Shown here: positions 29,132 to 40,108 of the stretch, piece by piece
Numbering within the stretch: position 1 is the first letter of the stretch
Layout: each line of letters begins with the position of its first letter
NCBI GenBank assembly: GCA_037137775.1
Contig: JBAXJQ010000001.1
Location: 32,316-96,315, forward strand
Length of the DNA stretch: 64,000 nucleotides
Reading direction: 5' to 3'
Source of the DNA: Candidatus Falkowbacteria bacterium
Lineage (GTDB): Bacteria > Patescibacteriota > Patescibacteriia > Patescibacteriales > GWE2-39-37
Translations under genes and position numbers: made by a program
Notes under the pieces: generated by a model
The model's database searches: none
What the model saw: only the letters and a program-made list of their open reading frames with translations
What the model was told of the DNA's origin: nothing

Positions 29132-31027
29132 ATGTCAAAAATTTTAGGCATCGATTTAGGCACAACCAATTGTGCTATGGCTATCATCGAGGGTGGCCAA
29201 CCAAAAATCCTTGAAAATGCTGAAGGTGTGCGCACCACTCCTTCAATTGTAGCAGTCTCTAAAGCAGGTGAACGTTTAGTTGGTTTATCAGCAAAACGTC
29301 AGGCAGTAACTAATCCAGTTAATACCGTCTATGCAGTGAAACGATTAATTGGTCGTCGTTTTGGAGATGCAGAAGTGCAACGCGATTTAGGCGTAATGCC
29401 TTTTAAAATTGTAAAATCTGGTGATGGCGTCAAAGTGGTAATGACTGATAAAGAATATTCACCCCAGGAAGTGTCTGCTATGATACTGTCTAAGTTAAAG
29501 GCAGACGCTGAGGCGAAAACCGGGGAGAAAATTACTGAAGCTGTGATTACCGTACCGGCGTACTTTGATGATGCTCAGCGTCAGGCCACGAAAGATGCGG
29601 GCAAGATTGCCGGCTTGGATGTAAAACGCATTATAAACGAGCCAACCGCCGCTGCTTTGGCATATGGTTTTGATAAGAAGGCCGGCCAGCAGATTGTAGT
29701 TTACGATTTGGGTGGTGGCACTTTTGATATTTCTGTTTTAGATATTTCCGCTGACACGGTTGAAGTGAAATCTACCAATGGTAATACGCATTTAGGTGGT
29801 GAAGATTTCGATATGCGGATTATTAATTGGATTATTGAAGAGTTTAAAAAGGATCAAGGTGTTGATTTAAGTAAAGACACCTTGTCATTGCAACGCATCA
29901 AGGAGGCGGCAGAAAAAGCTAAGATAGAGTTGTCGACCGCCATGGAAACTGAAATCAATCAGCCATTTATTACTAGCGATGCTAACGGACCAAAGCATTT
30001 GGTAATGAAAATGAGTCGAGCTAAACTTGAATCATTGGTGATGGATTTGGTTGAAGCAACTTTAGAGCCAACCAAGGCCGCCTTAAAAGATGCTGGCTTA
30101 AGTGTTGGTCAGATTCAAGAAGTGGTTATGGTTGGGGGCATGACCCGTATGCCCTTAGTCTTACAAAAAGTGAAAGATTTTTTTGGTAAGGAGCCACATC
30201 TTGGTGTAAATCCGGATGAAGTAGTTGCCTTAGGTGCTGCAGTGCAAGCTGGTGTACTTCAAGGCGAGGTAAAAGATGTGTTGTTGCTAGATGTCACCCC
30301 CTTAACCTTAGGTATTGAAACTATGGGTGGTGTTTCTACCGCGTTAATTGAGCGCAACACTACGATTCCTACTTCAAAATCACAAGTATTTTCAACCGCT
30401 GCCGATAGCCAGACGAGCGTGGAGATCCATGTATTGCAGGGTGAACGGCCAATGGCAACGGATAATAAATCCTTAGGACGTTTCATCTTGGATGGTATTC
30501 CACCAGCACCTCGTGGCGTGCCTCAGGTTGAAGTTAAATTTGATCTCGATGCAAATGGCATCTTGAATGTTAGCGCTCGAGACAAGGCTACTAATAAAGA
30601 ACAAAAAATTACCATCACTTCATCTTCTGGATTATCCAAAGAAGAGGTAGAGCGGATGAAAAAGGAGGCCGAGTTGCATGCCGACGAAGACAAAAAGAAA
30701 AAAGATCAGATTGAAATAATGAATCAGGCCGAGTCGGTTGTATTTACCACAGAAAAACTTTTGAAAGAATCTGGTGAAAAAATGAAGCCCGAAGACAAGA
30801 CCGAGCTAGAGGGTAAGTTGGATGAATTAAAAAAAGCTAAAGAGGCGGGTGTAGCTGATACGGTCAAACAAAAGATGGATGAACTTTCAACCGTTGCACA
30901 ACGTATTGGCGCAGCGATGTATCAGCAAGCGGATAGTGTTGCCAATGATAGTCAGGGCAAAGCTGGACCAGCAGGAGAAGAACCAAAGAAAGAAGATGGT
31001 CCAGTTGAGGGCGAGGTAGTACAATAG
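29132..31027 (+). CDS. dnaK: Chaperone DnaK
   Basis: [33 protein letters not shown]. Confidence 0.98.
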   Translation: MSKILGIDLGTTNCAMAIIEGGQPKILENAEGVRTTPSIVAVSKAGERLVGLSAKRQAVTNPVNTVYAVKRLIGRRFGDAEVQRDLGVMPFKIVKSGDGVKVVMTDKEYSPQEVSAMILSKLKADAEAKTGEKITEAVITVPAYFDDAQRQATKDAGKIAGLDVKRIINEPTAAALAYGFDKKAGQQIVVYDLGGGTFDISVLDISADTVEVKSTNGNTHLGGEDFDMRIINWIIEEFKKDQGVDLSKDTLSLQRIKEAAEKAKIELSTAMETEINQPFITSDANGPKHLVMKMSRAKLESLVMDLVEATLEPTKAALKDAGLSVGQIQEVVMVGGMTRMPLVLQKVKDFFGKEPHLGVNPDEVVALGAAVQAGVLQGEVKDVLLLDVTPLTLGIETMGGVSTALIERNTTIPTSKSQVFSTAADSQTSVEIHVLQGERPMATDNKSLGRFILDGIPPAPRGVPQVEVKFDLDANGILNVSARDKATNKEQKITITSSSGLSKEEVERMKKEAELHADEDKKKKDQIEIMNQAESVVFTTEKLLKESGEKMKPEDKTELEGKLDELKKAKEAGVADTVKQKMDELSTVAQRIGAAMYQQADSVANDSQGKAGPAGEEPKKEDGPVEGEVVQ

Positions 31028-31040
31028 TAGTATTTTCATA

Positions 31041-31064
31041 CGTTGTCCAAAACTTTGGACAACG
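31041..31064. other. Intergenic hairpin between dnaK and dnaJ
   Basis: CGTTGTCCAA-AACT-TTGGACAACG, 10-bp perfect stem with no U-tract. Confidence 0.55.
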
Positions 31065-31105
31065 GCTTGAGAATAGTAATAAAATTTTAACTATCAAAAA
31101 AATCA

Positions 31106-32182
31106 ATGGCCAAGGATTATTATAATATATTAGGGGTGGACAAGGGTGCATCGGCGGAAGAAATTAAAAAGGCTTTTCGGAAAAAAGCCCACGAATATCA
31201 TCCCGATAAACCGCATGGCGATGAAGCTAAGTTTAAAGAAATCAATGAAGCCTATCAAACATTAAGCGACGTGAATAAGCGGGCGCAGTACGATCGATTT
31301 GGTTCAAACTACGAACAGGCGCAGCAAGGTGGTTTTGGCGGCTTCAACGGTTTTAATCAGGGACAAGGTGGTGTTGAATTTGATATGGGTGATTTGAGTG
31401 AGATGTTCGGCGGGTTCGGTGATATTTTTGGTTTTGGCGGCGGACGTGGCAAGGGTCGTTCGCAACGCGGCAAAGACATTGAGGTAACCCTCTCTCTCAA
31501 ATTTGAAGAAGCAATATTTGGCACGGAAAAAGAAATCGGTTTGAAAAAGGCGGTAGTGTGCGGTCATTGTCATGGTAATGGTGCAGAACCCGGTTCAAAA
31601 ATTGATACCTGTCAGACCTGTCAAGGCACAGGTCGAGTAGTACGTATACAGCGAACTATTCTGGGTAATGTACAGACTCAATCAGTCTGCCCAGATTGTC
31701 ATGGTGAAGGCAAGTCTTACAGTCAAAAATGCCGCCAATGCGGAGGTAACGGAGTTGAGCACAAGGTTGCCTCAATCAACGTAAAGATCCCCGCAGGTGT
31801 GGATAATGGCTCGGTGATTAAATTAGTAGGGCAGGGCGAGGCAGGTTTACACAGTGGCGGTATGGGTGATTTATATTTACATATTCGAGTTGAAACGAGT
31901 AAGCAATTTGAACGCAGGGGAGATGATATACTCGACCGAGTAGAAATCAGCATGACACAGGCTGCTTTAGGTGCTAAAATAGAGGTGCAAACCTTAGAAG
32001 GCGTCATTACCCTAAAAATTCCCGAGGGCACACAATCCGGTAAGGTATTCATATTGCGGGACCGCGGCGTGCCTCGACTAAAGAGCAAAGGCAGGGGTGA
32101 TCAGTTAGTGACAGTGGTAGTTAAAACTCCCACTAATCTATCCCGACATCAACGTCAATTATTAGAACAAATAGGTTTATAA
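31106..32182 (+). CDS. dnaJ: Chaperone DnaJ
   Basis: J-domain HPD, G/F-rich linker, four CxxCxGxG repeats. Confidence 0.97.
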   Translation: MAKDYYNILGVDKGASAEEIKKAFRKKAHEYHPDKPHGDEAKFKEINEAYQTLSDVNKRAQYDRFGSNYEQAQQGGFGGFNGFNQGQGGVEFDMGDLSEMFGGFGDIFGFGGGRGKGRSQRGKDIEVTLSLKFEEAIFGTEKEIGLKKAVVCGHCHGNGAEPGSKIDTCQTCQGTGRVVRIQRTILGNVQTQSVCPDCHGEGKSYSQKCRQCGGNGVEHKVASINVKIPAGVDNGSVIKLVGQGEAGLHSGGMGDLYLHIRVETSKQFERRGDDILDRVEISMTQAALGAKIEVQTLEGVITLKIPEGTQSGKVFILRDRGVPRLKSKGRGDQLVTVVVKTPTNLSRHQRQLLEQIGL

Positions 32183-32204
32183 TTATCACATATAATCAAT
32201 CATT

Positions 32205-32837
32205 ATGTGTAGCGAATTTAAAACATCCCTTTTTGAAGAACCTTTAATCATCGACTACACGGCGTTGCTTAAGGAGGCAAGAGATTTTTCGCCAGAGTTA
32301 AAAAATGCCATAGAAGGTGTGATTAATGAAAAGATTGGCAATATTGCCAGGCGAAAAAACATTATTATATCATCGAGCTGGTTATACGAAATTGAAGATA
32401 GGCTTAATCATGATAATCCAGCAACAATAAATTCTGATTTACGTAAAATTATTTTAAAGCTGCTAATAAAAATTACAAACAGTAACTTGGGCGTAAGTTC
32501 AGACAATAAAGAATTAAAACTATTACTTCATAATTTAACTTTGGAAGATAATAATGCTGATCTAATAGAAAAAGGAGCACACCCGGCCTTGGTCGGACAA
32601 TACGGCGATGGGCACCAAGAAATTAAGGAGATTCTTGGCACAAATCCTTACATAAAAAATCATGGTAGAGGTAAAGAAGATGATATTGGCCATATTTATC
32701 GAACTAAGGGAAGTAGACGAGTGAATGGTAATTCTTCAAAACAGGTAATAACCGATCCAAATCAAGAATGGCTAAAAACACATGAGCGGGAAAAAGAGAA
32801 GGCAGAAGATGAATTAAGAAAACTTCGTTTTGGATAA
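32205..32837 (+). CDS. Hypothetical soluble protein
   Basis: 210-aa ORF filling the dnaJ-htrA gap; no recognisable motif. Confidence 0.55.
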   Translation: MCSEFKTSLFEEPLIIDYTALLKEARDFSPELKNAIEGVINEKIGNIARRKNIIISSSWLYEIEDRLNHDNPATINSDLRKIILKLLIKITNSNLGVSSDNKELKLLLHNLTLEDNNADLIEKGAHPALVGQYGDGHQEIKEILGTNPYIKNHGRGKEDDIGHIYRTKGSRRVNGNSSKQVITDPNQEWLKTHEREKEKAEDELRKLRFG

Positions 32838-32853
32838 CTATAAACCAAAAAAA

Positions 32854-33975
32854 ATGAAAACACGATTAAAATATTTTTTTCTCATTTCAGTCGGTTTTTT
32901 TATTGGTCTAAGTGCAATTGTGCTGCAACCCAAAACAATTGCTAATGTTTTGCAGTTAGATGAACAGGCGGCAACGGTATTGGCAATAAATAAAGTATCA
33001 CCTGCGGTGGTAAATATCGATCTTTTTGCCGATCAAGTAGTAACAAAGCAAGATGAATTAACGGGTCAGTCTAAAAGCGAAAAGCAAACTAAAAAAGTCG
33101 GTTCGGGAACTGGTTTTTTGGTTTCAGCCGATGGTTTAATCTTGACCAATAAACATGTTATTCAAGTAGATAACCCTTCTGCGGCAAGTTATCGGGTTAC
33201 TCTACATAGCGGTAAAAAATACTACGCGCAACTTATTGGCAATGATCCGTTAAATGATTTAGCGGTTATTAAAATTTTTGATAAAAAATTACCGTTTGTA
33301 GAGTTGGGTGATAGTGATAAGTTAACCGCTGGGTTATCTGTTATTGCCATTGGCAATGCGCTCGGTATTTATCAGAATTCAGTTACCAAGGGCATTGTGA
33401 GTGGTTTAAATCGGGATATTGTGGCGAGCGATCAATCGGGCAATGCAGAAAATTTGGGTAACATCATTCAGACTGATGCAGAAATAAATGTTGGCAATTC
33501 GGGCGGGCCGTTAGTTGATCTAAATGGTAAGGTGGTTGGCGTGAACGTTGCCACAGATCTTTCCGGTGCCTCAATTGGCTTTGCTATACCAATTAACGAT
33601 GCGAGGCCAGTAATACAAAGCGTTTTAAAATCGGGACGAATAATTCGACCACGACTGGGAATAAGATATTTAACGTTAACCCCTGAAATAGCCAAAGAAA
33701 ATAAATTGGCGCGTGATAGCGGAGCCTGGCTAAATACAAGTGAAACAGGCGAATCGCCGATTACACCTGGTTCTCCAGCTGAAAAAGCTGGCCTTAAAAC
33801 TGGGGATATTATTTTTGAAATCAATGGCAAGGCGCTGTCGGAGGCCAACACTCTAATAAGTTCTACTCAAAAACTAAAACCAGGTGACAGTATAAAATTG
33901 AAAGTTTTTCGTGATGACAAGGTAATAATACTGCAGGCAATATTAGATGAGTTTATGATTAACTTGCGTTCTTAA
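32854..33975 (+). CDS. htrA: HtrA/DegP-family serine protease with one PDZ domain
   Basis: GSGTGF, LTNKHV, DLAVIK, IQTDAEINVGNSGGPL, PDZ GSPAEKAGL. Confidence 0.92.
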   Translation: MKTRLKYFFLISVGFFIGLSAIVLQPKTIANVLQLDEQAATVLAINKVSPAVVNIDLFADQVVTKQDELTGQSKSEKQTKKVGSGTGFLVSADGLILTNKHVIQVDNPSAASYRVTLHSGKKYYAQLIGNDPLNDLAVIKIFDKKLPFVELGDSDKLTAGLSVIAIGNALGIYQNSVTKGIVSGLNRDIVASDQSGNAENLGNIIQTDAEINVGNSGGPLVDLNGKVVGVNVATDLSGASIGFAIPINDARPVIQSVLKSGRIIRPRLGIRYLTLTPEIAKENKLARDSGAWLNTSETGESPITPGSPAEKAGLKTGDIIFEINGKALSEANTLISSTQKLKPGDSIKLKVFRDDKVIILQAILDEFMINLRS

Positions 33976-34047
33976 TCTTTCTCAATTATAATAGAAGTAG
34001 AAATCCACAGTGATGGGGATTTCTCTTGTAGTAGAATAAAAAACCTT

Positions 34048-34977
34048 ATGATTGAAATCACAAATCTCGTGAAAAAGTTCGGACACCACAAGGTGCTCGA
34101 TAATGTGAGTTTTACTGTTTCTAAGGGGGAAGTGCTTGGTTTACTAGGGCCGAATGGTGCCGGTAAATCGACCACCATGAAAATTTTAACCACTTTTTGG
34201 TTACCGACCAGAGGCAGTGTTAAAATTGACGGGCTTGACGTTAACGAACAGCCATTGGCTATTCGGAAAAAAATTGGGTATTTGCCCGAAACAGTACCAT
34301 TGTATGACGAAATGCAGGTGCGTGAGTATTTAAAATTTGTTGCGGGTGTTCGTAAAATACCAAAAGAGAGGGTAAATAGTCGCTTACGAGAAGTGGCTAA
34401 GCGGTGCGGTTTAGAAAAAGTCTGGAAACAGCCAATCGAGGAACTTTCAAAAGGATATCGACAACGGGTCGGTTTGGCTCAGGCGATTATTCATGATCCA
34501 GAAATTTTAATTTTAGATGAACCAACCACCGGACTCGACCCGAATCAAATAGTTGAAATTCGTGAACTTATTAAAGAACTAGGTAAAGAAAAGACAGTAA
34601 TTTTTTCCACTCATATATTAACCGAAGTCAGTGCTACTTGCGATCGTGTGATTATTATTAATCAGGGCAAAGTAGTTGGCGAAGGAAAACCGGATGATCT
34701 CACTAATGCGCTGGGCGGGAAGAATACGGTGGTTGTTAAAGTAAGCGGACCAGCCGATGAAATTGTTCGACAGGTGCAGGCCTTGGCTGGAGTTGAAAGT
34801 GCAAGCATTGTTGAACGCGGATTGAATAATCAAACTATTTTGGAAATCGTACCCAAGCCGCAAGCTGAAATTAGAGACGAGATCCTTAAGGTTATCATCG
34901 GAGGTGGTTGGCAGTTGATTGAATTTAACCAAAAAGCTGCATCGCTTGAGGATGTATTTAGAACTTTAACTAAATAA
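34048..34977 (+). CDS. ABC transporter ATP-binding protein (GldA-like)
   Basis: GPNGAGKST, LSKGYRQRVGLAQA, ILDEPT. Confidence 0.92.
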   Translation: MIEITNLVKKFGHHKVLDNVSFTVSKGEVLGLLGPNGAGKSTTMKILTTFWLPTRGSVKIDGLDVNEQPLAIRKKIGYLPETVPLYDEMQVREYLKFVAGVRKIPKERVNSRLREVAKRCGLEKVWKQPIEELSKGYRQRVGLAQAIIHDPEILILDEPTTGLDPNQIVEIRELIKELGKEKTVIFSTHILTEVSATCDRVIIINQGKVVGEGKPDDLTNALGGKNTVVVKVSGPADEIVRQVQALAGVESASIVERGLNNQTILEIVPKPQAEIRDEILKVIIGGGWQLIEFNQKAASLEDVFRTLTK

Positions 34978-34978
34978 T

Positions 34979-35716
34979 ATGACTATCAACAAAGCCTATT
35001 TAGAAACGGTCTATATCTTGGGCAAAAAAGAACTGGCGTCATATTTTAATTCGCCGATCGCTTATATCTTTATCGGTGCATTTTTGCTGGTTGGAAATTG
35101 GTTATTTTTTACCAATTTTTATTTGATCAATGAGGCAAGTATGCGGCAATATTTTAGTTTTTTGCCGTGGATGTTTATGTTTTTAGCCCCGGCTATCACC
35201 ATGCGTTTGTGGGCCGAAGAAAAAAAATCTGGTACAATCGAATTTTTGCTTACGTTGCCGATTACCAACTTTCAGGCCGTATTAGCAAAATTCTTAAGCT
35301 CCTTAGCCTTTATCGCAATTGGTTTATTGCTTACATTAACATTACCAATTTCAGTTGCACAAATCGGGCATTTAGATTGGGGGCCAGTCATTGGCAGTTA
35401 TTTAGGCGCATTACTTTTAGCTGGAGCATATTTAGCCCTGGGTCTATTTATTTCGGCATTAACTAAAAATCAGATTATTTCATTTGTGTTAGCGTTGTTT
35501 GCCAGCTTTGGTTTTTATATAATCGGTTCTGATTTTGTGGTCGCTAGCGCCCCACAATTATTCGTACCGATTTTTAGTTTTCTTGGGTTGGGTAGTCATT
35601 TTCAGACAATTGCCAAGGGCGTAATCGACACTAAAGATTTGTTTTATTACTTATCATTTATCCTGTTTTTTCTCTGGCTCAATCACCGAGTGATTGAACA
35701 GCGGAATTGGCAATAA
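34979..35716 (+). CDS. ABC-2 permease (GldF-like)
   Basis: KELASYFNSPIAY, PAITMRLWAEEKKSGTIEFLLTLP. Confidence 0.9.
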   Translation: MTINKAYLETVYILGKKELASYFNSPIAYIFIGAFLLVGNWLFFTNFYLINEASMRQYFSFLPWMFMFLAPAITMRLWAEEKKSGTIEFLLTLPITNFQAVLAKFLSSLAFIAIGLLLTLTLPISVAQIGHLDWGPVIGSYLGALLLAGAYLALGLFISALTKNQIISFVLALFASFGFYIIGSDFVVASAPQLFVPIFSFLGLGSHFQTIAKGVIDTKDLFYYLSFILFFLWLNHRVIEQRNWQ

Positions 35717-35727
35717 CGTTTATCAGT

Positions 35728-37245
35728 ATGAAATTAACTAAACAATTAAGCGCCTGGCAAAAACAAACTAACTTCGGCATAACCATCGTATTAGTAATCG
35801 CTGTTGTGGCGATGCTTAATTTTTTTGCCAACGAGATTTTTTTTCGCTTCGATTTAAGCCAAAATAAAAGCTATACCTTATCAACGGTTAGTAAAAATTT
35901 GGGCAAGAATCTAGATGATGTTATAACCATTAAAGCTTTTATCAGTGATAATTTACCCAGCCAATATTTTACCGCCAAGCAAGAGGCCTTGGACTTACTC
36001 AATGAATACGAGCGGTATGGCCGAGGTAAAATTAAAGTGTTATTTTTAACACCCAAGACTGATCAAGAAACAGCCATGGCCATGCAACGTCAAGGCATCC
36101 CCCAGGTTCAATTTAATGTAACAGGCAATGATAAATTTGAAGCGGTAAATGGATTTTTTGGCATCACTATTGCCTATGGCGGTGATCAAGAAGTAATTCC
36201 TGTTGTACAGCCAGGTGATAATTTAGAATATCAAATTACAACCGCTATTAAAAAATTAACCAACAAAGAGGGATTGAAAATCGGTTGGTTAACGAGTAAT
36301 CAAACGTTGAATACACAAAATGAAGTAAATACCGTTTATAGTGAACTGTCCAAGCTCTATACCATAACTGATGTCGATTTAACAAAGGAAAAGGACGTGC
36401 CAGCTGGTCTGAAATCGTTAATTATTGCTGGTCCAAAATTAAAATTTGAAGCCAAGGAATTGGCTGCAATTAAAGCCTACCTTGGCCGAGGTGGCTCAGT
36501 TTTGTTGTTAGCCGATGGTGTTAAAGTTGATCAAGGCTTGGTCGCTGCTACTCAGGATTTAGGACTTAATGGATTACTAAATGAATACGGTTTACATTTA
36601 AATCAGAATCTAGTCATGGATTCACAGCAAGGTATCGCTTCGTTCAATTCTGGTTTTATGGTTATAAATTTGCCCTATCCATATTGGCCAAGAATTTCTG
36701 CGAACGGTTTTGATCAAAAAAATCCAGCCGTATCAAAATTGGAAAATCTTGTCTTGCCCTGGGTAAGTAGTATTGATGTTACCAAGGAAAAGTTACCAGC
36801 TAATTCGACTGCTGATCTTTTAGTAAAGTCGTCCAATAAAGCGTGGTTGGCTGCCGACAAACCAGACTTAAACCCCACCAACACGATTAAGCCAGGTAAA
36901 TATGCGCAGTATAATTTGGCAGTTGCGGTAGCTGGCCAGGGGCAAAATCTCTTCCGTTTAGTGGTAGTCGGCGATAGCGACTTTATTAAAGACAATCTTT
37001 TATCCGTGGGCGATAATGCCACCTTTTTCTTAAATTTAGTTGATTCAATTAGTCTAGATGGTGATTTAATGGCCATTAGAGCTAAGGCTGCACAAAGTAG
37101 TCCAATTGATAAAACATTGAGTGATGGTACTAAAAAAACCATTCGGTATGCTAACGTTTTTGGTATTACTATTTTGGTAATCAGTTTTGGCATTTATCGG
37201 TATTACGCCCGAAGGCGAAAAAAGACTAACGAACTTGAGGATTAA
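35728..37245 (+). CDS. GldG-like ABC auxiliary component
   Basis: RFDLSQNKSYTLS, LEYQITTAI, LIIAGP, VVGDSDF, N..FFLNLVD, C-terminal TM helix. Confidence 0.88.
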   Translation: MKLTKQLSAWQKQTNFGITIVLVIAVVAMLNFFANEIFFRFDLSQNKSYTLSTVSKNLGKNLDDVITIKAFISDNLPSQYFTAKQEALDLLNEYERYGRGKIKVLFLTPKTDQETAMAMQRQGIPQVQFNVTGNDKFEAVNGFFGITIAYGGDQEVIPVVQPGDNLEYQITTAIKKLTNKEGLKIGWLTSNQTLNTQNEVNTVYSELSKLYTITDVDLTKEKDVPAGLKSLIIAGPKLKFEAKELAAIKAYLGRGGSVLLLADGVKVDQGLVAATQDLGLNGLLNEYGLHLNQNLVMDSQQGIASFNSGFMVINLPYPYWPRISANGFDQKNPAVSKLENLVLPWVSSIDVTKEKLPANSTADLLVKSSNKAWLAADKPDLNPTNTIKPGKYAQYNLAVAVAGQGQNLFRLVVVGDSDFIKDNLLSVGDNATFFLNLVDSISLDGDLMAIRAKAAQSSPIDKTLSDGTKKTIRYANVFGITILVISFGIYRYYARRRKKTNELED

Positions 37246-37248
37246 ACC

Positions 37249-37515
37249 ATGAAAATAGTGAAGTTTTCCGCTCTTTGGTGTGCTGATTGTATTGTCATGC
37301 GACCAATGTGGCAGGAAATAAACAACGTTTATCCGGACATTTTAATAGAAGAATTTGACATTGATGATTATCCGGATGTAGCTAAGACACTAGGTGTTGT
37401 TAAAGCGCCCACTACCATATTTTATGGTAGTGATGAAATTGAATTGACTCGATTGATTGGGATTCAAAATCAGCAAACGCTATTTGATTATATAAAACGA
37501 TTAAGTGAAACATAA
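37249..37515 (+). CDS. Small thioredoxin-family protein
   Basis: KFSALWCADC motif and APT cis-Pro loop. Confidence 0.85.
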   Translation: MKIVKFSALWCADCIVMRPMWQEINNVYPDILIEEFDIDDYPDVAKTLGVVKAPTTIFYGSDEIELTRLIGIQNQQTLFDYIKRLSET

Positions 37516-37517
37516 TT

Positions 37518-38432
37518 ATGACTACACAAGCAAAACAAAACGCCTGGTTGGGCGGAATATTAGTCGGTTTGATCGTTCTAGCCGTACTCTATCAAGGGCC
37601 ATATCGTCAATGGCAAGTAAGTAGGAGTGAACCGATAAATGTGTTTAGCGGAATTCAGACCGATGATATTAATCGCATGACAATAGAAGTAAATGGCAAG
37701 ACCATTGAATTAATCAAAAAAGATAACGGCTGGGAGTTTCCCGACCAAGCACATGCCTTTCCGTTGGAGCAGTCATTTGTAGTCCAGGCCATTGACCGTA
37801 TCAAGGCCGCTGCCAAGGCCAAGGTGCAATTAGTCAGTACCAAGAAAGAAAAGCAATCAGAATTTGGTGTTGGTAGTGAGGGCTCAACGGTTAAACTGTT
37901 TCAGGACAACAAGGAAAAAGTCGCTGTAGTCATAGGTAGTACGGCAAAGGATTATGTCAGCACCTATCTCCGTCCAATTAAAGATGACAATACATATAAG
38001 CTTGATGGAATAAGTTTGGCCGTTTTTTATACGCCAGATTGGCGCAGTAAAGAAATTGTTAAATTCGATGTTAAATCTATTAATAACGCAAGGCTGCAAA
38101 CACCCAAAAGTGAGATCAAATTAACCAAAACTGGAGAGGATTGGTTTGCGGGCAAGGTTAAATTAAACAAAATCAAGGTAGAATCACTTCTTTCAACGTT
38201 ATCGAATCTTTTTGCGGCTGATATTCCGGAACAAAAATTTGAACCAAGTGGGTTAGCGAAGAGTTCGCTTATTATTCAAGTGGGCGGCAAAGATGCCAAT
38301 ATCACGGTTATGGTTGGTAATAAAAACAGTAAAGGTGAATTTTACGTAAAAACAGGGGACAGTGATCGAATTTACTTGATTGGCGGTGGTGATCAAGCGT
38401 CATTAAGTAAAAATTTAAATGAGTTGAAATAA
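37518..38432 (+). CDS. DUF4340-like membrane-anchored protein
   Basis: N-terminal TM helix and an internally duplicated beta domain; usual companion of GldG-like genes. Confidence 0.75.
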   Translation: MTTQAKQNAWLGGILVGLIVLAVLYQGPYRQWQVSRSEPINVFSGIQTDDINRMTIEVNGKTIELIKKDNGWEFPDQAHAFPLEQSFVVQAIDRIKAAAKAKVQLVSTKKEKQSEFGVGSEGSTVKLFQDNKEKVAVVIGSTAKDYVSTYLRPIKDDNTYKLDGISLAVFYTPDWRSKEIVKFDVKSINNARLQTPKSEIKLTKTGEDWFAGKVKLNKIKVESLLSTLSNLFAADIPEQKFEPSGLAKSSLIIQVGGKDANITVMVGNKNSKGEFYVKTGDSDRIYLIGGGDQASLSKNLNELK

Positions 38433-38448
38433 ATATCAAGGGGTAAAT

Positions 38449-38484
38449 AAAAAATGAAGCTGGAAAAATCTAGCTTCATTTTTT
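38449..38484 (+). terminator. Intrinsic terminator
   Basis: AAAAAATGAAGCTGGA-AAAA-TCTAGCTTCATTTTTT. Confidence 0.7.
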
Positions 38485-38526
38485 GTTTCATGATATTATG
38501 GTATAATATTAAAAATAGAATTCATT

Positions 38527-39516
38527 ATGCAATACCAAATAATAACAATCGGAGGAGCGACAGAAGACATATTTCTCTATACTAATGAAGGAGTCTTAAT
38601 TCATAATGATCATGATGTTGTTAGGCCAAAACTATTAGGCTTTACTTATGGTGCCAAAATTAAAATCGACCGTTATTTCAGCTCGGTGGGTGGAGGTGCA
38701 GCAAATACTGCAGTTTGTTTGAGTCGACTTGGCTTTAAGACCGCAGCTGCAATTGCGATAGGCAAGGATGATCGTGGGGCTAATATAATTTCTCAATTAA
38801 AACAAGAAAAAGTGGCTACGGGTTTGGTGCAAAAATTTAGCCACGAGATTACCGGCATGTCTTCTATTGTGGTAAATAATAATTTTGAACATGTAACGTT
38901 TTCCATTCGAGGCGCAAATACACAATTGGAAATTACCAATCGAGTAAAGCGCAAGTTAGGACAAACTGAATGGATTTATCTTACATCTCTTTCAGGTAAA
39001 TGGCAGCATAGCCTTGACCAAATTTTTTCCTTACCTGACGTAAAAGTCGTTTGGAATCCGGGCAATGTTCAACTGAAAGCAGGAAAACAAGCTTTATCAA
39101 AATATTTAAAACAAACACATGTTTTGATTTTAAATCACGACGAAGCAAGAGCATTAGTACATTCAGATAAACGCTATGTCCGCAAACCCTTACGGTTCTA
39201 TGATGATCCAGCGCAACTAATCAAAGTAATTAACGGTTGGGGACCGCAGATTGTGGTAATTACATTAAGCGATAAGGGTGCGGTCGGCTGTACTCATAAA
39301 CAGTGCTATCATGTGCCAAGTATTAAAGTGCGTCATCATATCAATACTGTTGGCGTGGGCGATGCCTTCGGCTCAACTTTACTAGCTGGCTTAATATGGC
39401 ACCCTGATGATTTAGCTAAGGCGATGCAACTAGCAGCTAAAAATGCTGCAGAGATTGTAAAAAAATTAGGCGCGCAAACGGGGCTACTGCGCCGGAAACA
39501 ATTAATCGAAGAATAA
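38527..39516 (+). CDS. PfkB-family carbohydrate kinase
   Basis: GGGAANTA, LILNHDEA, NTVGVGDAFG. Confidence 0.9.
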   Translation: MQYQIITIGGATEDIFLYTNEGVLIHNDHDVVRPKLLGFTYGAKIKIDRYFSSVGGGAANTAVCLSRLGFKTAAAIAIGKDDRGANIISQLKQEKVATGLVQKFSHEITGMSSIVVNNNFEHVTFSIRGANTQLEITNRVKRKLGQTEWIYLTSLSGKWQHSLDQIFSLPDVKVVWNPGNVQLKAGKQALSKYLKQTHVLILNHDEARALVHSDKRYVRKPLRFYDDPAQLIKVINGWGPQIVVITLSDKGAVGCTHKQCYHVPSIKVRHHINTVGVGDAFGSTLLAGLIWHPDDLAKAMQLAAKNAAEIVKKLGAQTGLLRRKQLIEE

Positions 39517-39519
39517 TAT

Positions 39520-40107
39520 ATGTTTATCCGCAATAAAAAAACCGTGCATGTTGAGATGTCAGCTCGACATGCCCATTTAACAAAAGCTCATTTTGAAAAG
39601 TTGTTTGGCAAGGGTGCAGTTTTTTCAGTTTTACGAGCACTTTCGCAACCAGGAGAATTTGCCAGCAGCTTAACACTTGACGTAGTTGGCAAGCATGGTG
39701 AATTGAAATCGGTTCGAATTCTTGGTCCGTTACGACCATATAGTCAAGTCGAAGTATCATATACAGATGCACGTGCGCTAGGTGTAGTGCCACCTATTCG
39801 GGAGAGCGGTATGCACGATGGCACGCCTGGTGCTACGCTGGTTGGCCCTGCTGGCTCGGTAACGATTAAAAAGGGGGTGGTGGTTGCTAATCGACATATT
39901 CATTGTTCTACGGCGCAAGCCAAGTCGCTTCGTTTGCGACATGGGCAATTTGTTAAGATAAAAATCGCTGGCGCGCGTGCTGCGGTGTTAGATCGAGTTA
40001 TGATTAAAGTTAATGATAACTACGACTGGCATTGCCATCTCGACACAGACGAGGGGAATGCGGTTGGCATAACCAAGGAGAATGATCTTGCCGAAGTAAT
40101 TATTTAA
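39520..40107 (+). CDS. pduL: PduL-type phosphate acyltransferase
   Basis: SARHAHL, LSQPGEFA, VRILGPLR..QVEVS, RHIH, HLDTDEGNA. Confidence 0.92.
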   Translation: MFIRNKKTVHVEMSARHAHLTKAHFEKLFGKGAVFSVLRALSQPGEFASSLTLDVVGKHGELKSVRILGPLRPYSQVEVSYTDARALGVVPPIRESGMHDGTPGATLVGPAGSVTIKKGVVVANRHIHCSTAQAKSLRLRHGQFVKIKIAGARAAVLDRVMIKVNDNYDWHCHLDTDEGNAVGITKENDLAEVII

Positions 40108-40108
40108 T

